NCBI GenBank assembly: GCA_963681965.1
Contig: OY820579.1
Coordinates: 1,984,001-2,048,000 of the forward strand
Source of the DNA: a bacterium
GTDB lineage: Bacteria; Electryoneota; JAOADG01
Length of the DNA: 64,000 nt
Direction: 5' to 3'
The notes beneath the pieces were generated by a model. That model searched no databases. It was given only the letters and a program-made list of their open reading frames with translations, and was not told the origin of the DNA. The translations under genes were made by a program, and so were the position numbers. This document shows, piece by piece, positions 47,095 to 56,242 of the stretch (its first letter is position 1; each line of letters begins with the position of its first letter).

Positions 47095-49806
47095 CTACTT
47101 GATAAACATTGCCTTCTTGGTAATGGTCTGGTTTCCTGCCGTCATCCGGATCAAGTAAAGACCACTGGAGACGTTCTCAGGATGCCATTTCAGACTGTAG
47201 CTTCCCGCAATTCGCTTACCGTCGACCAATGTCGTTACCGATCTTCCCAACGCATCGTACACCGTTACGTTCACATTTCCAGTGACTGGAACCGAGAACG
47301 AAATCGACATGCTGGGATTGAACGGATTTGGATATGGCGCACTGAGTGAATAACCCGTCGGCACCGCAGTGGTCGGAGTTTCGCGTACCGAGACCCAATT
47401 GAACGAGTCAAGAACTCGCTGAATGAACGTGTGCCGTGCGGCATAGGTTCCGGCTTTGTGGATCGCTTCGAGCGGGAAACCGCAATACACGAATAACGGA
47501 TTTTGTGCATTCGGGTAATACACAGTCGAAGATGTCAACGCCGTAGCATACTGCCAACCACTGGTCGATCCGTTCGCTGGCGTTAAAACACTGCTGCTAT
47601 CGGCATTACCGGCACCGGAGGAACCGAATAACAATAAATTCAATCCCTGAGCCAATGGGTCGTTGGTTACTGCACGAACGCGACCATCGGTCACCACACC
47701 GCCGTTGCTGGCGTGCATCGTATTTTGGTGGAAAGTCGTATTACCGATCGTTCTTCCCGCATATTTACTGGAGAAAAGCAATGCCCGGTTGTTTGTTTGC
47801 ATCCAGGTGATCAGGTTTTGTCGATCGGTTGTGAGTAGATCGCTTGAGCGATCGCCGGTCCACCAGATAAAGGTGCGATAACGATTGATATCGTTGATCG
47901 TAGGTACGCCGCGGGTATTGATATCCCACCGGTCCCACGGTTGATTGATCGAATCAAGCGAAGCGGTATAATATTGCTCGTAATTCACACCGCCATCGTC
48001 GTCAATCAATAAAGTATATCCGTAACCGATCATGAAATTCTTCGAGAATTCCTTCTGATACCGGATATTGTTATTGTTCTCGCCACAGGCAAGTACGCGA
48101 ACTGTGACGATATGCGGGCGTACCCATGAGGGAACGAAGAATTTCATGCGATTGGTACCGACTTCAAGACCCGATTGACGATCGCCAATACGGATCGAAT
48201 CGACTACTGGAACAATGCTCGGATCGTTGATCACCAATTTGAAATAAGCATTAATACCACCGGCATTTTCCGGCGGCGAAAATACTGAGAATACGACTGC
48301 TGCGGTATCGCCCGGTTCAATACGACCGTCCCAGTTGCCATTGATCGTATCGCGCAAAGTAAAGTTTACGATCGTGTCGATTGGGAATTGACTCGCAACT
48401 GCTCGGAATAGGTTAATTCGTCCAGAGCCGAGTCGACCGGCGAAGCTTGGATTTAACGAATCGATTTCGTCGACAGATTCAAGCAGGACATTTTTTACAT
48501 CGAGTCGATCGGCATCGGGCATTACGCTCCAGATCAGTGCTGCACAACCTGCTGCGACCGGAGAAGCCATCGAAGTACCATCGGCGACATCGTAACCATG
48601 CGATGTTCCAGTAAAGACGGTTGAGAGAATTGCAACACCGGGAGCGGAAATCGCTACCCAAGTGCCCCAGTTAGAAAAATCGGCTTTGCTGTCGTGTTGA
48701 TCGGATGCCGCTACGCAAATCGCGTTCGTGAGCGATCCCGGATAGCGACGAGCATTCAAACTGTCGTTACCGGCAGCACCGAAGACAAGAATACCGGCAT
48801 TCCAGCATTCAGTTAAGACATTTTGCTCGTTATTATATGGTTGCGAACCACCCCAACTATTGTTAATAATGCGAGCACCCATTACCCGGGAATAGCTCCA
48901 AGCGTCGATACCCAAAGCGCCATTAACCGAGCGGGGGTCGGTATCGCTGCCGATACGGCAAATCAACAGTTTGGAAACTAATGCCGGAGCCGCAACACCA
49001 ATCAGGTTGTTCGATGCAGCCGAAGCGCAACCGGCGACGTGAGTGCCGTGACCGCCTTCTTGAGCCCAATTAAAGGGATCGTTGACGTTGTTGTTGCGAT
49101 TCGTGAAGTTCCAACCCCAAAAGTCGTCACGATAAGTATTACCACCGTTGTCCACATTGTTCGAGTCGGCGGCGGTAATCTGCCCGTCGTGATTGATGTC
49201 TTCGTCGGGATTGAGCCAGAGATTCGGGGCTAGATCCGGGTGAAGTCTGTCCACACCACTATCGACGATCGAAATGATGATGGTTGAATCGCCACGTGCA
49301 TAATCCCATGCTTGTGGTGCTTTCATCTTGGTCAAATGCCACTGGTTGAGATAGCGAATATCGTTAGGCGTCCAGTAGAGTTTCCGCGAGTAATTCGGGT
49401 CGACTACTTTTACGCAGCGAAGTTGCTTCATCTCTGCTAGGAAGTCAGCTACCGAATTTTCTGTCGGATACTGTAACCAATAGATCCAGCGAAGGTCGAT
49501 GTGACCCGGCTTGGGTGCTTTTTCCAAGCTCGTTAAATTGCGAACGAAATAAACACTGTACTTGGATAAAATGTTATCCAATTCCGGTTCGCCGAATGAT
49601 ACAGTCTTTCCATCGGGATGGTAAACATCGGCTAAAGCGTGATCGAATTGGATGATCGCCTGTCCGAGATATTCTTCGCTATTGGGGGCTTGAATATCGT
49701 AAGGTCGATCTCCCTGTTCGGGACCCCACTGAGGAGGCAAAGCAAATGCGATACCGCATGTTAACCCGCCCAAGATGAATAATACAATTGCTATACACCG
49801 AACCAT
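47095..49806 (-). CDS. Secreted subtilisin-like S8 protease with T9SS/FlgD-like C-terminal domain
   Basis: Catalytic triad motifs IVDSGVD, GHGTHVAG, GTSMASP, plus AAGND and a PYPNPFNP tail. Confidence 0.95.
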   Translation of the reverse strand: MVRCIAIVLFILGGLTCGIAFALPPQWGPEQGDRPYDIQAPNSEEYLGQAIIQFDHALADVYHPDGKTVSFGEPELDNILSKYSVYFVRNLTSLEKAPKPGHIDLRWIYWLQYPTENSVADFLAEMKQLRCVKVVDPNYSRKLYWTPNDIRYLNQWHLTKMKAPQAWDYARGDSTIIISIVDSGVDRLHPDLAPNLWLNPDEDINHDGQITAADSNNVDNGGNTYRDDFWGWNFTNRNNNVNDPFNWAQEGGHGTHVAGCASAASNNLIGVAAPALVSKLLICRIGSDTDPRSVNGALGIDAWSYSRVMGARIINNSWGGSQPYNNEQNVLTECWNAGILVFGAAGNDSLNARRYPGSLTNAICVAASDQHDSKADFSNWGTWVAISAPGVAILSTVFTGTSHGYDVADGTSMASPVAAGCAALIWSVMPDADRLDVKNVLLESVDEIDSLNPSFAGRLGSGRINLFRAVASQFPIDTIVNFTLRDTINGNWDGRIEPGDTAAVVFSVFSPPENAGGINAYFKLVINDPSIVPVVDSIRIGDRQSGLEVGTNRMKFFVPSWVRPHIVTVRVLACGENNNNIRYQKEFSKNFMIGYGYTLLIDDDGGVNYEQYYTASLDSINQPWDRWDINTRGVPTINDINRYRTFIWWTGDRSSDLLTTDRQNLITWMQTNNRALLFSSKYAGRTIGNTTFHQNTMHASNGGVVTDGRVRAVTNDPLAQGLNLLLFGSSGAGNADSSSVLTPANGSTSGWQYATALTSSTVYYPNAQNPLFVYCGFPLEAIHKAGTYAARHTFIQRVLDSFNWVSVRETPTTAVPTGYSLSAPYPNPFNPSMSISFSVPVTGNVNVTVYDALGRSVTTLVDGKRIAGSYSLKWHPENVSSGLYLIRMTAGNQTITKKAMFIK

Positions 49807-50215
49807 AAAGATCTCCTAAATTCGATATTCCGGAATACATGCGACCCGCATCGATACGGATCGAGAATCGATGTGTCTAGATTTGTGAATATAACGCAAT
49901 TTAGATCGATAATACAGAGCCTGCAAAGAGCAGTACTGCTGGTAAAAATGGCGAACGTGACGGGCAAGACCCTCCGTAGAGGATGACGATTATTATTTAA
50001 TAGCTATGTTATTACATTTTAACAATATAAGTAGTAGACGAGATGAGCTGATATAAAAAATCGAAGTAAAATTGGGTTTTATAGAATTCGGTTCTCGGAT
50101 TTGTAACAAGATTGTTCTGTACTATTCGCAGTTCAGTGAATCATTATTAATGATCTGAAAATACAGAAGTTTAAATATTCTATTGATTGTTAAATTGTAG
50201 CGTTATTTGAGGGTA

Positions 50216-51616
50216 TTACGCAGAAATTTCTTCTTTTTTGCTTCGTAAGAAAAAGTAGGGTCCCACACCAGAGATAAGACCGAGAAGCGCAGCACCAATC
50301 ATTGACCAATGCATACCATAGAGAAAACCTTCCGCCGTAGTTGGTGATTCGGAGAATTGGCGCATCAGTTGAACAATCGCCGCCGCGAGAGCGATCCCAG
50401 TGACCATACCCACATTGCGAATGAGTGACATGACGCTACTTGCCATAAATAAAAATTGTTTTGGAACCGAACCCAAGAGGCTTTTATTGTTGGCTGGAAC
50501 GAAGATTGCCCCGCCGATACCGGTCAAGGCGATGGCTGTGATTAAATAAAATTGGGACGATTCGACTTGTATACAGGCAAACATGACTAGCCCGACAACC
50601 TGAACCAGAGGTCCAACCAGCAAAAGTGTTCTACTACCAAGTCGGTCAGCGGCACGACCGGCAAACGGTGCAACCATCGCTAACGCTAGCGGCCAAACCG
50701 ACATGTAAAAACCCATTGTCTTCATATCGAATTTCTTCACTTCGGCGAAGAAAAACGGTAGTGTTAACAAGGCTTGGATACTGGCGGAAGTGTTGATGAT
50801 GCCGAATAAAGAATTGGAGCTGAAGAGCCGATTGCGAAACAATGACATCGGCAACATCGGGTTAGCTATTTTTAATTCGTGCAGAATGAAGATCGTGAAC
50901 ATCGTGACGGTTCCGATCAACCCCAACGTAAAGAGTGTTTTCCCTTCGGTAGCTGATTCCGAAAGAGTCAAAAGAAATAGCAGTAATCCGATTCCACTAT
51001 AAATCGCGCCGGAATAATCGAATGAGGGTTTCGAGCTGTTACTACGGTCGGGATCTTTCGCAAGCCAACTGTAAGAGAGCGACAGCGCGGTGATACCGAT
51101 CGGAAGGTTGATCCAAAAGATTGCCGACCATCCGAAAGTATGGGCAATCGTTCCACCAAAGATTGGACCCGTCAACGATCCTGCGGCAACCACCGATCCG
51201 ATCATGCCTAATGCCATTCCGCGTTTCGATTCGGGAAATGCGTGAGCGACGAATCCGGTTCCCAATGCCGATGTTAGTGCAGCGCCTATGCCTTGCAACG
51301 CACGCGAAACAATCAGTAGTGGTAACGAGCGCGAAGTCGCACACAGTGCCGAAGCGACTGTAAAGATGAAGATCCCGAGTTGGTACAATCTTCGTTCGCC
51401 GATCCGGGATGCGAGCGAACCGGCTGGAAGCAAGAGAATCGAAATGAATAACAAATAAATCGTCGATACCCAACCGACACTGGTCATTGTTGCGCCATAT
51501 TGGTTAGCGATCGCAGGCAAAACCAAATTCACGGCGGAACCGTCGATGGTCGCCATGAAAATGTTTAAACCAATAACCGAAAAAATTAACCAGGGGTTGT
51601 GAGTACGCGGTGTCAA
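50216..51616 (-). CDS. MFS DHA2-type (EmrB/QacA-like) efflux transporter
   Basis: About 14 hydrophobic segments. D...VN..LP, SRALQGIG, GP..GG, W..IFWINLPIG. Confidence 0.92.
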   Translation of the reverse strand: MTPRTHNPWLIFSVIGLNIFMATIDGSAVNLVLPAIANQYGATMTSVGWVSTIYLLFISILLLPAGSLASRIGERRLYQLGIFIFTVASALCATSRSLPLLIVSRALQGIGAALTSALGTGFVAHAFPESKRGMALGMIGSVVAAGSLTGPIFGGTIAHTFGWSAIFWINLPIGITALSLSYSWLAKDPDRSNSSKPSFDYSGAIYSGIGLLLFLLTLSESATEGKTLFTLGLIGTVTMFTIFILHELKIANPMLPMSLFRNRLFSSNSLFGIINTSASIQALLTLPFFFAEVKKFDMKTMGFYMSVWPLALAMVAPFAGRAADRLGSRTLLLVGPLVQVVGLVMFACIQVESSQFYLITAIALTGIGGAIFVPANNKSLLGSVPKQFLFMASSVMSLIRNVGMVTGIALAAAIVQLMRQFSESPTTAEGFLYGMHWSMIGAALLGLISGVGPYFFLRSKKEEISA

Positions 51617-51649
51617 GATTGAAGATTACTTTCTACTAGTCAAATTGGA

Positions 51650-52000
51650 TTACTTACTTTTCCCGGAAACGGAACCGTCGGGAACCAATTGAAAGACTTT
51701 CTCGCCCGGACGCGCCAGATGCCATTGATATCGAGCAACCCACTCGATGGCTTCAGCATCGTTGAATTGCAACGCCCGCATCAGACTGTCAAGCTCGGCG
51801 TTGGTGTGTTGCATGTCGCTGTAGGTATTCAATAACGAATCGTGACTCTGTTTCAATGTCCGATTCATTGAAAAGGATTTTTGAAAATTGACGGACATTA
51901 CCACGAAAAGGATTGTAAGTACGGAGTAAAAAATCAACGTTTGCCAGAAGCGTTTCCGTTGTGCTTTTCGTTCCGATTCTTCCATACCCAATTGTCGCAT
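51650..52000 (-). CDS. FtsB/DivIC-like septum formation initiator
   Basis: Single TM, coiled coil, IEWVARYQWHLARPGEKVF motif. Confidence 0.8.
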   Translation of the reverse strand: MRQLGMEESERKAQRKRFWQTLIFYSVLTILFVVMSVNFQKSFSMNRTLKQSHDSLLNTYSDMQHTNAELDSLMRALQFNDAEAIEWVARYQWHLARPGEKVFQLVPDGSVSGKSK

Positions 52001-52018
52001 GAATGAACCTCGAGTGAA

Positions 52019-53290
52019 CTAAGCGCTTTGTGCCAGCGGTGTTGATAAATCGGATCGGCGCAACATTTTTGGCGGAGCGCCATCGCGAACTGTCGCTTCG
52101 GTAATAACAATTTCAATCAAATCTTTGTCCGATGGAAGTTGATACATCCACTCCAACATCACTTGTTCGATGATCGAACGCAATGCCCGTGCACCGGTCT
52201 TTCGGATTTGCGCTTTTTCAACGATCGCTTTCAATGCTTCCGGTTCGAATCGGAGCTTGACTTCATCCAGTTCGAACAAGCGTTGAAACTGCTTGGTGAC
52301 GGCATTCTTCGGTTCGGTTAATATTTTTAACATCGCTTCGTCGGAGAGTTCTTCCAGCGGTGCAACCACCGGTAATCTTCCAACCAATTCGGGTATCAGT
52401 CCGAATTTCAGTAAGTCATCCGGTTCGGCTTGACGTAACAAATCATTAACTGACGTGTCGTGTTTCGATCGAATCTCGGCACCGAAACCCATTCCACTTC
52501 GACCAATGCGATTCGCAATAATTCGGTCGATCCCTTCGAATGCACCACCGCAGATAAATAAAATATTGCGGGTATTGATTGCGACTAATCGTTGCTCTGG
52601 ATGCTTTCGACCCCCTTCGGGAGGAATATTCGCAATCGTTCCCTCGAGCAATTTCAGTAGCGCTTGCTGAACTCCTTCGCCGGACACATCGCGAGTGATC
52701 GATGCCGATTCCTGCTTGCGAGAGATTTTATCCAATTCATCGATATACACAATTCCGATTTCGGTCAATGCGACATCGTAGTCGGCGGCTTGATATAATC
52801 TTACTAATACGTTCTCGACGTCTTCGCCAACATAACCGGCTTCAGTCAAAGTCGTGGCATCGGCGATAACGAATGGAACCTGTAAGAATCGCGCCAGTGT
52901 TTGTGCCAATAACGTCTTTCCAGTGCCAGTCGGACCAAGTAGTAAAACATTCGCTTTGTCGATCTCGATTGCATTTTCGGATTCTTGGGCACGGATTCGC
53001 TTGTAATGGTTGTAGACTGCGACAGACAAGATTTTTTTCGGAAGATCCTGACCGATGACATAAGTATCGAGTTGCTTCTTGATAGCTTCCGGAGTCGGAA
53101 GCGATTCAAGTGGTGCCGATTTCAACGGTGAGGATCGACGGATAATCTCATTCGAAGTTTTCACACAGGTGTCGCAAATTGCAACCCCCGGACCTGCAAT
53201 CAACAAGCGTGCCTGCGAAGCGCTGCGACCGCAAAAACTACAGCGATCGCTGCCGGAACCCCGAGGTCGTTGTTTTGAATCGTCTGACAT
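52019..53290 (-). CDS. clpX: ATP-dependent Clp protease ATP-binding subunit ClpX
   Basis: Zn finger CSFC...[41 protein letters not shown]. Start set at MSDD. Confidence 0.97.
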   Translation of the reverse strand: MSDDSKQRPRGSGSDRCSFCGRSASQARLLIAGPGVAICDTCVKTSNEIIRRSSPLKSAPLESLPTPEAIKKQLDTYVIGQDLPKKILSVAVYNHYKRIRAQESENAIEIDKANVLLLGPTGTGKTLLAQTLARFLQVPFVIADATTLTEAGYVGEDVENVLVRLYQAADYDVALTEIGIVYIDELDKISRKQESASITRDVSGEGVQQALLKLLEGTIANIPPEGGRKHPEQRLVAINTRNILFICGGAFEGIDRIIANRIGRSGMGFGAEIRSKHDTSVNDLLRQAEPDDLLKFGLIPELVGRLPVVAPLEELSDEAMLKILTEPKNAVTKQFQRLFELDEVKLRFEPEALKAIVEKAQIRKTGARALRSIIEQVMLEWMYQLPSDKDLIEIVITEATVRDGAPPKMLRRSDLSTPLAQSA

Positions 53291-53528
53291 ACATCCCAAT
53301 CGAAAAACAAATTGAACAATAGTGATTGAATGCGATACGCTGGGTTTTGGTTCCATCGCACAAAACATAAGGTAAGGTTTAAAGCGGTGTTTTTGCAATT
53401 CACAATGTCACAAAAAGCGGTTTTAGCGGTAATTTTCAAATAATCCGAAAAATCATTGTCTCATTGCGGAAAGGGTAATAATTTGCTTTCATTGATGTCG
53501 TCGCAAATTCGCTGTGTAAGGAGTTGTT

Positions 53529-53951
53529 TTGTCTCTACGTGCTTGGATTTTAGTAGCATTAACAACATTGGTTTGGGGTATCACACCGATCATTGAACGG
53601 AAAGTGATGCCGGGAACCGATGTCTTGGCAGGATTGACTTACCGGAATATCGTTTCGGCAGTACTGCTTGCAATTGCTGCAGTGGCAATGGGGAGGGTGG
53701 GTACTATTTTTACCCTCAATGCTTCACAATATGCCGGATTTGCCGCTTCAGCGATTCTCGGCGGAACAATTGGGTTGGGTCTCTTCTTCGCAGCATTAAA
53801 AATTGCGCCAGCGTCTCGTGTTATTCCGCTGACTGCTACTTTTCCGATGATTACCTACCTCTTCTCATACTGGTTGTTAAATGAACCCTTCACTGTGAAA
53901 GGGTTTCTCGGTGTATTGCTCATCATCGCTGGTGCTTCGCTACTTGCATAA
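53529..53951 (+). CDS. Single-domain EamA/DMT transporter
   Basis: Five TMs. WG.....K...ALK..PAS.V.P......LL.E pattern. AAGGAG RBS. Confidence 0.88.
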   Translation: MSLRAWILVALTTLVWGITPIIERKVMPGTDVLAGLTYRNIVSAVLLAIAAVAMGRVGTIFTLNASQYAGFAASAILGGTIGLGLFFAALKIAPASRVIPLTATFPMITYLFSYWLLNEPFTVKGFLGVLLIIAGASLLA

Positions 53952-54019
53952 TTATTTCTCACAATATTAGCGTTGTAAACACAATCAATTACCTCTAGAA
54001 GCTAGACTGATCGAGTTAA

Positions 54020-54035
54020 TGTGATATACTTCACT
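54020..54035. promoter_or_regulatory. Possible CRP/FNR-family binding site
   Basis: TGTGA-tatact-TCACT, 9/10 match to TGTGA-N6-TCACA, ~190 bp upstream of the V4R gene. Confidence 0.4.
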
Positions 54036-54226
54036 ATCATCGCGTTATTTTTGCTTCTACCCCTGAACCGTCTGTGAAGAATGTAGCTAACAATTTTACC
54101 TCATCCAACAATACTCCCTTGCAAGTTTCAAGAACATATTTGAATCGAATCGGGTTGTAATCTGAGCAAACTGAGCCATTGTATTTTTTAAACCGATGGA
54201 AGAGCTCTACCAAAACGGGGGTGAAA

Positions 54227-54823
54227 ATGAAAGCTTCGGATTTTAATCTGCAACGGGATTTAACCTACAACATTCAAACTGGAATCACTTCATTCCGAAA
54301 TAGTCGGCTGATCATCATGGATGCGAATGCACTGGGACTGTTGCGGAACGACTTGATCGAAGAATTGGGAATCGAGAAAGCACGACGATTTTTTCTCCGA
54401 TTCGGATATCAGAATGGATATGCCGACTTCATGCAAATGAAATTGAATTATACGTTCGATTCGGAGATGGATTTATTGGCTTCCGGTCCTGTGATCCATA
54501 CTTGGGAAGGGATTGTGCAGGCGACTCCTACCGAAATTCGATACGATCGAAATTCGGGTGAATTTTATTTTTCCGGGGTATGGACCAATTCCTACGAAGC
54601 GCAACAACACCTGTCGTATTATCCCGAAGGAAGTAATCCCGTTTGTTGGTCGTTAATGGGTTATGCTTCAGGCTGGTGCACTGCCTTCTTCGGACACAAG
54701 TTGTATGCGATTGAACCAGCTTGTATGGGAAAAGGCGATGATCACTGTGAATGGCTGATCCAACCAGCATCGGAGTGGGGAAGTGATGCACAAATGTACA
54801 TCGATGCATTAAAGGATTTTTAG
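54227..54823 (+). CDS. Stand-alone XylR N-terminal/V4R domain protein
   Basis: R.IIMDA.ALG.LR.DLI..LG...AR, GP.IH..EG, W.NSYEA..H, PVCW..MGYASG, E..C..KGD.HC. Confidence 0.9.
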   Translation: MKASDFNLQRDLTYNIQTGITSFRNSRLIIMDANALGLLRNDLIEELGIEKARRFFLRFGYQNGYADFMQMKLNYTFDSEMDLLASGPVIHTWEGIVQATPTEIRYDRNSGEFYFSGVWTNSYEAQQHLSYYPEGSNPVCWSLMGYASGWCTAFFGHKLYAIEPACMGKGDDHCEWLIQPASEWGSDAQMYIDALKDF

Positions 54824-54832
54824 GAGGTAACA

Positions 54833-55024
54833 ATGGCTGAGACACTGTTAAAATACTATAAATATGTATCGGATCAGGTCGGATTAATGGGACAGGTGAA
54901 ACTGGCTCAAGCGACGTTAATTCCTTCGACGAAAGCGGCAATGTTACCGGATTCGAAAGACAATGTCGATTTGTTCAAAAAGGCGGTCGAGAAGATCACT
55001 GGAAAAACCGCTCCAGTTTTGTAA
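54833..55024 (+). CDS. Small hypothetical protein (63 aa) coupled to the V4R gene
   Basis: Strong AGGAGGT RBS overlapping the V4R stop. Confidence 0.8.
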   Translation: MAETLLKYYKYVSDQVGLMGQVKLAQATLIPSTKAAMLPDSKDNVDLFKKAVEKITGKTAPVL

Positions 55025-55149
55025 CCATCCCTTTTCAAATGAAAGACCTGGTGCGCAAATATAAATCGTCATTAGCAGTTGGAGGATGGCGCCTGTCAAC
55101 ATCACAAGACTAACGATAATTTTCACATATTCGCATTTCTTTCAAAAAT

Positions 55150-55179
55150 AAATCGGGACACCACTGGTGCCCCGATTTT
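55150..55179. terminator. Bidirectional terminator
   Basis: AAATCGGGACACC-act-GGTGCCCCGATTTT between convergent genes. Confidence 0.7.
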
Positions 55180-55197
55180 CTTCGGTGAATGTCGTGT

Positions 55198-56148
55198 TTA
55201 CGGTATCAAATGCGTGCGATAGATGCCTTGAGACGTGCCGGCATAGAGAAAATCGTTGCAAATTGTCAGACAATTGATTGTTAAATTCGCCAAATGAGTG
55301 TTGTACATCGTCCAACTTGTTCCGCCATTGGCAGAAACCATCACACCGGCACCGAGTCTTCCGGCAAAGACATAATCTCCGTATAAAGCCAGCGAAGTAA
55401 CCTTGTAATTGCCAGTCGTATCTTGAAAGACACGCGTCATTGTTGAATCGCTGCCACTCGATTTATAAATTTCAGCACCATCGGTACCCGCAAGAATTTC
55501 ATTAGCAGAATTACGGATGATCGAACCCACTGCCGATCCGATTTGTCGGGTTAGCCAAGTAGTACCGCCGTTTGTCGAACGGTACAATCCACTCAAATTC
55601 CCAATACAAATCTTGTTGATACTACCCGAAGGTGGGGAAACGAATATGGCTTTAATCGGTGAAGTCGATGGCACTGGTACTGCTGTCCAGTTGGCGCCGT
55701 GATCGGTCGAATACCGACAACCATAACCTGCAGAATAAAGCTTGTCCGGTGATCCGGGAATGACGAAGAGACGGTCGTAATTGGAATTGTTGGCTAGATT
55801 GACCCAGCTATCCCCTTGATCGGGTGAATAAAAACCGTTGGTATAAACATACCCACTCGAGCTGGCAACTGCCGATGCTTGCACAATCGAATGTAACCGG
55901 GCAGTATCGATCGACATCATCGACCAATGATCGCCGTTATCGGTCGTTCGAATCAAACTGTTCGCGATCACGTACCGACTCGGAGTCGAGACGATCGATG
56001 TAACATTCATCGAGTCGATCACTGCGACCCAATTTGCCGGCTGTATCGATTGACCTTCGTTGGGTTGGGTTACCGAGTCATGTTTACACCCGATTATAAC
56101 AACCACCATCAAAAGTAAAACAAAAATAGTCGCACTTAGCTTATTCAT
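55198..56148 (-). CDS. Lipoprotein with BNR/Asp-box beta-propeller repeats
   Basis: Lipobox IIGC. Repeats TTDNGDHW, SPDQGDSW, STDHGANW, STNGGTTW, SANGGTSW. Confidence 0.88.
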   Translation of the reverse strand: MNKLSATIFVLLLMVVVIIGCKHDSVTQPNEGQSIQPANWVAVIDSMNVTSIVSTPSRYVIANSLIRTTDNGDHWSMMSIDTARLHSIVQASAVASSSGYVYTNGFYSPDQGDSWVNLANNSNYDRLFVIPGSPDKLYSAGYGCRYSTDHGANWTAVPVPSTSPIKAIFVSPPSGSINKICIGNLSGLYRSTNGGTTWLTRQIGSAVGSIIRNSANEILAGTDGAEIYKSSGSDSTMTRVFQDTTGNYKVTSLALYGDYVFAGRLGAGVMVSANGGTSWTMYNTHLANLTINCLTICNDFLYAGTSQGIYRTHLIP

Positions 56149-56242
56149 CGTATCCTCCTGGCGAGATTCAGTTGTATCAAAAAATAACCCTCAATTCAAT
56201 CTACTACAATAGGCTCTCGACATTTACTGCAATATCTCGACA

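Noticed and set aside
49951-49990. c-di-GMP-I riboswitch-like GGGCAAGACCCTCC...GAGGATGACG
   Set aside because: Only a partial resemblance, no second stem, and on the wrong strand for both neighbouring genes.
53291-53398. N-terminal extensions in the ORF track (clpX, also 17327-17389, 20171-20242, 54179-54226)
   Set aside because: Downstream starts fit the RBS, signal peptide or family N-terminus better.
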